Source of the DNA: Acaryochloris marina S15
GTDB lineage: Bacteria; Cyanobacteriota; Cyanobacteriia; Thermosynechococcales; Thermosynechococcaceae
Direction of reading: 5' to 3'
Assembly: GCF_018336915.1 (NCBI RefSeq)
Contig: NZ_CP064923.1
Coordinates: 3,930,001 to 3,962,000, forward strand
DNA: 32,000 bases
Part shown: positions 8,604 to 16,300 of the stretch, piece after piece
Layout of the letters: each line of letters opens with the position of its first letter
Numbering within the stretch: the first letter of the stretch is position 1
Notes under the pieces: generated by a model
The model's input: only the letters and a program-made list of their open reading frames with translations
What the model was told of the DNA's origin: nothing
Databases searched by the model: none
Position numbers and translations under genes: made by a program

Positions 8604-9062
8604 ATGAAAATTTGGGTTGATGCCGATGCCTGCCCGAATGTGATCAAAGAAATTCTGTATCGAGCGGTCAAGCGGGTCAAAATCCACCTAACTTTGGTTG
8701 CGAATCAATATATCAATCCGCCTGCATCCGATTACATCAATGCTGTTCAAGTCCCAGCCGGCTTTGATGGCGCTGATAACCATATTGTTGAGCAGATGCA
8801 GGAAGGGGATCTAGTCATCACGGCTGACATTCCCCTTGCCGCTGCTGTAATCGAAAAATTGGGCCATGCCCTAAACCCCCGAGGTGAACTGTATACGCAA
8901 AACAATATGCGGGAACGGCTTGCCATGCGCAACTTTATGGAAGAGATGCGAGAAGGTGGATTGGTCACTGGAGGGCCACCCGCATTAAATCAACGGGATC
9001 GGCAACTGTTTGCCAATCAGCTCGATCGATTTTTAGCCAAGCACCATCAGCCTTCTGACTGA
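8604..9062 (+). CDS. yaiI: YaiI/YqxD family protein (UPF0178, DUF188)
   Basis: [21 protein letters not shown]...[13 protein letters not shown]...LNPRGE...R...MR.FM is almost colinear with E. coli YaiI as I remember it. 152 aa, as expected. Confidence 0.9.
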   Translation: MKIWVDADACPNVIKEILYRAVKRVKIHLTLVANQYINPPASDYINAVQVPAGFDGADNHIVEQMQEGDLVITADIPLAAAVIEKLGHALNPRGELYTQNNMRERLAMRNFMEEMREGGLVTGGPPALNQRDRQLFANQLDRFLAKHHQPSD

Positions 9063-9667
9063 GACTTAACCGCCACAATCACCACCCAAGATTGCTGATC
9101 TTTGGGTAGTCCCGGTGGTCGGTAGTAGTGATCCGTTATGGTGAATCCTGCTGCTTGCACCAAAGGAGCGAGGGTTTCATATTCCCAATAGGATACAAAC
9201 CGCTGACCCGAAGGGCGATTGACAAAGCCCTCTTGATTGCCTCGTGCCATGGATAGAACGATCACCCCTTCCTCTACCAAGGACTGCCATAAGTTTTGGA
9301 GTACCGACTCCATTGATGTTTGGGGAACATGCAACAGAGACGCATTGGCAAAAACCCCATCAAAGTAGCACTCAGGCAAATCTAGATCCAGAAAAGTTTG
9401 CTGCCATACTTCGCAGCCCGTTTGTTGAGCCATTTCCACAAAAGCAGGAGTAGCATCTAGACCGATAACCTCATGTCCTTCAGCCTTAAATGCCACAAGA
9501 TCGCGACCCGGTCCACACCCTAAATCTAAGATGCGACCTGGATTACGGGGCATCCATTGCATTAACACCTGTCGATTTTGGGAGACATCATGGTCCCAAG
9601 TTCCTTCTCGGAAGCTGTTGGCAGTGGCCTGATATTCAGCAATAGTGATATTTTCGTGGGATTCCAC
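9047..9667 (-). CDS. Class I SAM-dependent methyltransferase
   Basis: Motif [12 protein letters not shown], post-I acidic VIGLD, and motif [21 protein letters not shown] start at 9667, 5 nt after the upstream hydrolase stop, which suggests an operon. There is a 16-nt convergent overlap with yaiI. Confidence 0.8.
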   Translation of the reverse strand: MESHENITIAEYQATANSFREGTWDHDVSQNRQVLMQWMPRNPGRILDLGCGPGRDLVAFKAEGHEVIGLDATPAFVEMAQQTGCEVWQQTFLDLDLPECYFDGVFANASLLHVPQTSMESVLQNLWQSLVEEGVIVLSMARGNQEGFVNRPSGQRFVSYWEYETLAPLVQAAGFTITDHYYRPPGLPKDQQSWVVIVAVKSQSEG

Positions 9668-9672
9668 TCGTT

Positions 9673-10545
9673 TTAACCCATCAGAAAGGTGCGCATATAT
9701 TGGTTGACCAGCTCCGGCTGCTCTTGTTGGATCCAGTGGCTACACTGACTGAGATAGTGCAGTTCTAAATTACGAACATGGTCTTTAGTGCCATAAGTAA
9801 GTTCCTTACCCAAGGCAAAGTCATCTTCCCCCCATAGCAGCAGAGTGGGAACGTCCAAGATTCCCCAATCTTTGGGCTGCAGGAGCATATCGAGGTTACT
9901 GCGATAGTAGTTAATCATGGCGGTGAGGGCACCCCGCTTGGCAGCCGCGTCTTTGTAGGCTTCTAGATCTTCAGGGCTAAACGCACTTTTGTTAGTTGCT
10001 CGTTCTGAAAACATGGATGCGATCGCACGGTAGTCATTGGCTTGAAACATCAGTTCCGGCAGCATCGGCACTTGGAAAAAGCCGATATACCAGCTTCGCA
10101 TCATCTGTTGGGGATTACTTCGTAGCGCTTCCTGGAACTTGGCAGGATGGGGCAAGTTCATAATGATCAGTTTTTGCAGCATCTCTGGGTGGGCATAGGC
10201 GAATTGCCATGCGATCGCACCGCCCCAATCATGGGCCACCAAGATGCACTGGTCATACCCCAGCCCTTGAATAACCCCTTTCACATCCTTAATCAGCTCT
10301 ACCATGCGATAGGCACTGACATCTTGAGGTTTATCGCTATCGTTATACCCTCGCATATCTAAGGCCACGACCTTATAATCTTGGGCAAACACCGGAATTT
10401 GATGGTGCCAAGAATACCAAAATTCAGGAAAGCCATGCAGCATCAACATTAATGGCCCTTCGCCCTGGGTCACATAGTGTAGCCGCACCTGATTCGTGGT
10501 GATGTATTGATGCTGAAAAGCAGATTCTAGCTCGTTGTCAGCCAT
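9673..10545 (-). CDS. Alpha/beta hydrolase, epoxide-hydrolase/haloalkane-dehalogenase-like subfamily
   Basis: HGFPEFWYSWHHQIP (oxyanion HGxP), Asp-nucleophile elbow VAHDWGG, and C-terminal catalytic His context SQCSHWIQQEQPE. 290 aa. Confidence 0.85.
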   Translation of the reverse strand: MADNELESAFQHQYITTNQVRLHYVTQGEGPLMLMLHGFPEFWYSWHHQIPVFAQDYKVVALDMRGYNDSDKPQDVSAYRMVELIKDVKGVIQGLGYDQCILVAHDWGGAIAWQFAYAHPEMLQKLIIMNLPHPAKFQEALRSNPQQMMRSWYIGFFQVPMLPELMFQANDYRAIASMFSERATNKSAFSPEDLEAYKDAAAKRGALTAMINYYRSNLDMLLQPKDWGILDVPTLLLWGEDDFALGKELTYGTKDHVRNLELHYLSQCSHWIQQEQPELVNQYMRTFLMG

Positions 10546-10751
10546 AGCTTTAAGAAGATTCAGCTTATCTAGGGGTATCGTATTGCTTACAGACCAGTAT
10601 TGCGATTATGGGGTATCTTTCCATAAATTCAAAGTCCCATGCTGATACCTATTCACTTCTGTCCTAACCCCCATCTGGATGGATAATTATGACTATCATA
10701 AGAGGGGGAGATGCATCACCCCATGGATAAACACGTAAATTTCACCCAGGA

Positions 10752-11051
10752 ATGGATCAAGGCAAAGCACCCATCACGGTCTTCTTATCTTTAATCTTAG
10801 GGGTACTTGCTTACTTCCTCTGGAGTAAGACATCAATAGGCCACCATATTGTCTTTAAGCAATCTGAGATCCTACGGGGCGACATTGCCAAAATCTCAGT
10901 TGTGCCCAATACATTTACGAATTTACGAATTTATTTATTTGCCTATAGCATCAAGCAGACCTTTTTTTGGGTGAAATTGCTCGGGCCATTTGTGGCTGCG
11001 GCAGGATTAATGATCCTGGCTGCAACCGCTCTATTTTCTCCAGAAGAATAA
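10752..11051 (+). CDS. Small membrane protein, hypothetical (99 aa)
   Basis: Two clear hydrophobic helices (ITVFLSLILGVLAYFLW; LLGPFVAAAGLMILAATALF). No family recognised. Confidence 0.4.
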   Translation: MDQGKAPITVFLSLILGVLAYFLWSKTSIGHHIVFKQSEILRGDIAKISVVPNTFTNLRIYLFAYSIKQTFFWVKLLGPFVAAAGLMILAATALFSPEE

Positions 11052-11139
11052 GTTAGCATCTGCACATGATCGTCGCCCTTATCTAAACAAGGGTAGGTCA
11101 TATGCCATCACTCCCCTCGCAATTTCCCCATCCTTTACC

Positions 11140-11835
11140 ATGATTGAGCTATATTATTGGCCCACCCCCAATGGGCATAAGATAACCCTATTCCTAGAGG
11201 AAGCCGGGCTGGAATACGAGATTAAGCCCATCAACATTGGCAGGGGGGATCAATTTCAGCCAGAGTTCCTCAAAATCTCTCCCAATAATCGGATTCCTGC
11301 CATTATTGACCTGGACCCGGCCGATGGCGGTGGACCTATTTCAGTCTTTGAATCTGGCGCTATCTTGTTGTACTTAGCAGCCAAAACCGGGCAATTTCTG
11401 CCACAAGACATACGGCAACACAATATCGTCCAGGAGTGGCTGTTTTGGCAAGTGGGGGGATTAGGGCCAATGGCCGGACAAAACCATCACTTTTCCCAAT
11501 ATGCGCCAGAGAAACTTCCCTATGCCATTACCCGATATGTGAATGAAACGAATCGGTTATATGGCGTTTTGAATCAGCATCTCCAAGGCAAAGACTTTAT
11601 TGCAGGTGACTACTCCATTGCCGATATGGCTTGTTATCCATGGGTTGTACCCTACAAATGGCAAGGCCAACAGTTAGATGACTTTCCCGAGATTGATCGG
11701 TGGTTTCAGCTCATTGAAAATAGACCTGCCACCGTCACCGCCTATGAGAAAGGCAAGCAGGTCAGCCAATCAACCAAATTGACCGATAAAAAGAGAAAAG
11801 TCTTATTTGGCCAAACAGCGAAGACTCAACCGTGA
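11140..11835 (+). CDS. yfcG: Glutathione S-transferase, Nu-class YfcG-like (GSH-dependent disulfide reductase type)
   Basis: MIELYYWPTPNGHKITLFLEEAGLEYEIKPINIGRGDQFQPEFLKISPNNRIPAIID...FESGAILLYLA.KTG...WLFWQVGGLGPM.GQNHHF is colinear with E. coli YfcG as I recall it. Confidence 0.85.
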   Translation: MIELYYWPTPNGHKITLFLEEAGLEYEIKPINIGRGDQFQPEFLKISPNNRIPAIIDLDPADGGGPISVFESGAILLYLAAKTGQFLPQDIRQHNIVQEWLFWQVGGLGPMAGQNHHFSQYAPEKLPYAITRYVNETNRLYGVLNQHLQGKDFIAGDYSIADMACYPWVVPYKWQGQQLDDFPEIDRWFQLIENRPATVTAYEKGKQVSQSTKLTDKKRKVLFGQTAKTQP

Positions 11836-11884
11836 GGTGATGGAGACAATGTAGTGATTTGGGTTAGGTATACAGACAAAACAA

Positions 11885-11915
11885 ATCTCCTTCACCTATT
11901 ACAGGCGAAGGAGAT
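11885..11915 (-). terminator. Candidate intrinsic terminator for the minus-strand kinase-peptide unit
   Basis: 9-bp perfect stem ATCTCCTTC (11885-11893) / GAAGGAGAT (11907-11915). Read on the minus strand, the hairpin is followed by TTGTTTTGTCTG. The 13-nt loop is long. Confidence 0.3.
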
Positions 11916-11983
11916 AAATAGAGTTATTCAAAGTCTTAATCGCTTTTCACTGGAAATAAGCACTATTTCAGAAGGCAAAAGCA

Positions 11984-12002
11984 TCTAGCAAAACATTTGC
12001 TA
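11984..12002 (-). terminator. Alternative weak hairpin just downstream of the small peptide ORF
   Basis: CTAGCAAA (11984-11991) / TTTGCTAG (11995-12002) form an 8-bp stem with a 3-nt loop. On the minus strand it is followed by ATGCTTTTGCCTT. The stem is AT-rich. Confidence 0.2.
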
Positions 12003-12046
12003 GGCAAGGGTATGAAGCTCATAACCCAGAAGGACAATAACGAGGC

Positions 12047-12199
12047 TTAGTTTAGACCGCCTAGACTAGCCAATAGATCATAAGCTTGATCAGGAAGTGC
12101 GAAGGGACCCATCTTCTGCAAGTCATTCATACTGACTTGGGTTAATTCTTCAATCGCTCCATGAATTTCTAATTTAGGGGAAGTCCAAGCTTTTTTCAT
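12047..12199 (-). CDS. Small ORF (50 aa) with a lasso-RiPP-type leader motif; putative precursor peptide
   Basis: Hand translation of the minus strand gives MKKAWTSPKLEIHGAIEELTQVSMNDLQKMGPFALPDQAYDLLASLGGLN, with stop TAA at 12049-12047. W5xxP8xL10x3G14x5T20x matches the lasso leader consensus YxxPxLx3Gx5Tx. GGAG lies 14 nt upstream. The ORF starts 29 nt after the HprK-like gene stop. It is below the size cutoff of the supplied ORF track. Confidence 0.55.
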   Translation of the reverse strand: MKKAWTSPKLEIHGAIEELTQVSMNDLQKMGPFALPDQAYDLLASLGGLN

Positions 12200-12228
12200 G
12201 CTAATTTCACTTACTCCGCGATGGAACT

Positions 12229-13155
12229 CTATTTTACCACTTCATACTCTAGCGAATATTTCTCAGAATGGGTACTCCTGATATGGTCTTTTAATAATTC
12301 AGATGATTGAGAGAGCTGGTTTAAGTCTCGTGGGCGCTGCAGTCTATATAGATTTACACGCTTTGCCAATTGAGCAGCTTGCTTGAAATGGTGACGGTCA
12401 CGAACCGATAACACAGACTTTAAACCGGAAAATCTCAGCAATTCAATAATGGCTTGCTGCTGGGGAACGGGTTCTATGGACCAGTCTGATCCATATTCCA
12501 AGATGTATAAATTTTGGAGGTCATAGGCTTCGGATGGGCTAGCTGTCGAAAATGCAAATGCAGATTCTTCAGCAGTCGGTGTTGAGGGGATCAACTGCAG
12601 CTGAGCGGCGGCAGCGGCAGATAACTTCATTCTGGGAACACCAGAATAGAGTGAGGCATTATCGGTATTGATGTGAATAGCCGTTAAATCATCCGTTATA
12701 CCGATAAATCCCTGATTGACAGATGCGGCCAAAGCCGAAGATTTACCCGCACCTGAATCTCCCAGAAAGGCAATGGCGATGTTGTGGATGGTGACGGCAC
12801 TCGCATGCAAAATATAAAGTCCTCGTTGATACAGAAGAACGGCCAGCACGACTCCCAGCAATGCCTGACAGATCGGTTCCTGTTCTGCATTTTGGGCAGA
12901 AACCAGTACGATCTTGCACCCCCCTTGAACGATAAAAACGCCGATATCTCGCACGTATACTAAGGCGTCCGTTGGGTCAACTTGGAGAGCAATGGGCTGT
13001 TGGGCAACGGCTTGGGGGATAAAGTCATGGATACAGCCATCCGTTACCCACTGGATAGTGACGTCTGGATGCTGCCCTGTAGGGGATAAATCTGGCAAGT
13101 CTGGAATACAAAAGGTTGATTGAAAAATCAACCCATAGAGCTGATAAAAGTGCAT
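12229..13155 (-). CDS. HPr kinase/phosphorylase C-terminal-domain-like P-loop serine kinase (HprK-related, RiPP-associated type)
   Basis: LHASAVTIHNIAIAFLGDSGAGKSSALAA is the HprK-type P-loop (GxSGxGKS) preceded by the LHA.a motif. At 308 aa it has no HprK N-terminal domain signature and no ptsH nearby. A lasso-type leader peptide ORF is adjacent. Confidence 0.7.
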   Translation of the reverse strand: MHFYQLYGLIFQSTFCIPDLPDLSPTGQHPDVTIQWVTDGCIHDFIPQAVAQQPIALQVDPTDALVYVRDIGVFIVQGGCKIVLVSAQNAEQEPICQALLGVVLAVLLYQRGLYILHASAVTIHNIAIAFLGDSGAGKSSALAASVNQGFIGITDDLTAIHINTDNASLYSGVPRMKLSAAAAAQLQLIPSTPTAEESAFAFSTASPSEAYDLQNLYILEYGSDWSIEPVPQQQAIIELLRFSGLKSVLSVRDRHHFKQAAQLAKRVNLYRLQRPRDLNQLSQSSELLKDHIRSTHSEKYSLEYEVVK

Positions 13156-13371
13156 ATCAAGAGACGGGGCACACAGGGGCAGAGGCTCTCAGACTTGAAG
13201 AAAGTTGAGAGTAGCAGGGCGATTCGCTGACATTGAGCCGGAACATGTCAGCAATGGGTTGGGAGATGGAGCAATACTCAACTCCAAATAATAATCTAGC
13301 TTGCGTCGGGAAATAGGGTTGAAAAAACACCTTTCTGGGCATGCTCAAGAATAATGGACCTTGTGGGGAAA

Positions 13372-16300
13372 ATGGATCTTTCTGACATGCGCCTGACTCC
13401 AAGTGCTCGTTTGAGCGGATATACTCCCCTTGAGATGCTGCACGAGGGACAGAAGACGCAGGTCTATCGGGCCCTACGGACCATTGATCAACAGTCTGTT
13501 GTCATCAAAACCACGCCTCCTCAAGTGGTCTTAAGATTTTCTGATCACCTCGCCTTTCGTAATCAATTCGCCATTAGTCACAACCTGGATCATCCTGGGA
13601 TTATCACAACATTTGGCCTAGAGTCTTACGACCAGACCTATGCCCTGGTGATGGAAGATATACAGGGAATTCCACTTTCACAATTCTTACAGGTTTCTGT
13701 TGCTCTCAAAGATGGGTTAAGGGTTGCCCTGCAATTGGCCGAGATTCTGCATTACCTCGGTCAACAGCGGGTTTTACACAAGGATATCAAGCCTGCCAAT
13801 ATTCTGATACATCCCCAAACGCTGCAGGTTAAACTCATTGACTTTGGGATTGCTTCCCTCTTACCCAAAGAGACTCAAGAGATCAAAAACCCCAATACCC
13901 TAGAAGGCACCTTAGCCTATATGGCCCCAGAACAAACGGGGCGAATGAACCGGGGGATTGATTTTAGAAGTGACTTTTATGGCTTAGGCATCACCCTGTT
14001 TGAACTATTTTCGGGACAACTGCCCTTTCAAGCAGATGAACCGATGGCTTGGCTACATTGCCATATTGCTCAGGTGCCCCCTTCTCTAGGGGAGTTTGGG
14101 GTGCCAGAGGCTGTGGCGAATATCGTGGCTAAGCTCCTCGCTAAAAATGCGGAAGATCGCTATCAGAGTGCTTTGGGATTGAAGCATGATTTGGAACAGT
14201 GTTTGACGCAGTTGACGGAGCAGGGAAGGATTGAACGGTTTGAGTTGGGTAAAAGGGATGTATGCAATCGCTTCTTGATACCCGAAAAAATCTATGGACG
14301 GGAAGCGGAAGTTCAGAGCTTGCTAGATGCCTTTGAACGGGTAGCTGAGGGGAGTTCAGAGTTATTGTTGGTAGCGGGTTTCTCTGGCATTGGCAAAACG
14401 GCGGTGGTCAATGAAGTCCATAAGCCCATTACCCAGAAAAATGGCTATTTCATCAAGGGCAAGTTTGATCAATTCAATCGAAATATTCCCTTTTCTGCGT
14501 TTGTGCAAGCCTTCCGTAGCCTGATGAGGCAACTCTTAGGGGAATCGGATGCTCAATTATCGAGTTGGCAGGCCAAAATTCTAGCGGCCGTGGGTGAAAG
14601 TGGCCAGGTTCTAATTGAGGTGATTCCTGAGTTAGAACGCATTATGGGGGAGCAGCCTGCCGTACCAGAATTGTCTGGAACCGCAAACCAGAATCGCTTT
14701 AATCTCCTCTTTAGCAAGTTTATTCAGGTTTTTGCAAAACCAGCGCATCCTTTGGTCATCTTCTTGGATGACTTGCAGTGGGCAGACTCAACCTCCTTTA
14801 CCCTTCTCAAACGGTTGATGGCAGAGTCGGAGATAGGCCATTTACTGATAGTCGGTGCCTACCGAGACAATGAAGTTTATCCAGCCCATCCACTGATATT
14901 GACACTCGATGAACTGGACAAACAAAATATTGTTCTCCATACCCTTACCCTACAGTCATTGCACCTTGGCCATATCAATCAATGGGTCGCGGATGCTTTA
15001 TTATGCACCCCAAACATTGCATTTCCCCTCACCCAATTGATCTATCAAAGAACCCAGGGAAATCCTTTTTTTACAACCCAATTTTTGCAGAGACTCCATG
15101 GTGATGGACAGATCATCTTTGATTGTGATGCTGCCTATTGGCAGTGTGATTTGACGCAATTGCAGCAACTAGCCCTTACCAACGATGTAGTGGAATTCAT
15201 GGTCGGACGGTTGCAACAGTTGCCCGAGGAGACTCAGGACGTATTAAAAATTTCGGCTTGCATGGGAAATCAGTTTGACTTGGCAACCCTAGCTACCGTG
15301 TGTAAGAAATCTCAGGAGGATATCGCCAAGGCTTTATGGCCATCGTTGCAGCTCGGCTTGGTGCTCCCAGAAAGTCAAACCTATAAGTTCATGGATGGGA
15401 ACCACCGCATCCTGGAAATGGAACGAGATATCACGATTGATTATCGATTTGTTCACGATCGGGTCCAACAAGCTGCATATCTGTTAATTTCACCTCAAGA
15501 GATCCATAAAATCCATTTAAAGATTGGCCGTTTGTTATTGGCACAACTATCAGATAGTCAAAGAGATGAAAAAATATTCGACATTGTTAACCACCTCAAT
15601 CTTGGAGCTGAGTTGGTCAAGCAACCAGATGAACGTTATCAATTGGCAATACTTAATTTAGAAGCTACCCATAAAGCCTTAGCATCAACAGCTTATGATG
15701 CTGCTTTTGAATATTCAAAAATAGGCAGAGAATTTCTATCTAAAACAGCTTGGGATACCCACTATCAATTGAGTTTAGATTTTTGCGATCTGGGTGCAAA
15801 ATCTGCTTTTCTGTCTGGCAATCTTGATACAGCAGAATCTATTTCTAGATTAGTAGAGAAGCATGCTGACTCTATAGTCGACTGTGCTAATTCCTATGAA
15901 ATCAGAACACAGATATATCAGAGTCAGAACCAACCTCAACGCGCATTTGATATTTCAAAAAACTTCTTGAATGCAGTGGGGATAGAGTTTTCAAATATAG
16001 CTGATGAAAAAATCATAGAAAATGCAATTCACTCCGTCAATCACATCCGGGCTGGGCGGTCTATAGAAGATTTAGTGAATCTAAGGGTGATAGATGACCC
16101 ATCTCAAGAGATCGCTCTAAGAACTTTAGGAAAAATGTCGGTTACCTGCTTTCAGGTAAACCCAGAACTGTTCCCTATAGTGGTTGCTAAAAGCGTTTAT
16201 TTATCTCTTAAGTATGGCAATACAGAGGCTTCCTCAATTGCATATAGTTTATATGCAATGATTATGCTTTCTGTGATAGATGATATTGAGGCAGCCTCTG

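Noticed and set aside
8747-10362. ORFs 8747-8968 (-), 9244-9453 (+) and 10147-10362 (+)
   Set aside because: They are antisense to the confidently recognised yaiI, methyltransferase and alpha/beta-hydrolase genes respectively.
12696-12890. 64-aa ORF in another frame of the HprK-like gene
   Set aside because: It is fully nested in a gene whose own frame carries the P-loop motif.
12047-13155. Calling this a complete lasso-peptide biosynthetic gene cluster
   Set aside because: No lasso cyclase, leader protease, RRE/PqqD or exporter gene is present in the window, and the core lacks an unambiguous residue-1 / Asp-Glu 7-9 arrangement after the T-x site. Only the leader motif and the kinase family are supported.
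13157-13402. 81-aa minus-strand ORF spanning the HprK-like/sensor 1 intergenic region
   Set aside because: It covers a divergent promoter region and overlaps the sensor 1 start. It has no motif, no SD and an odd composition, so it is most likely spurious.
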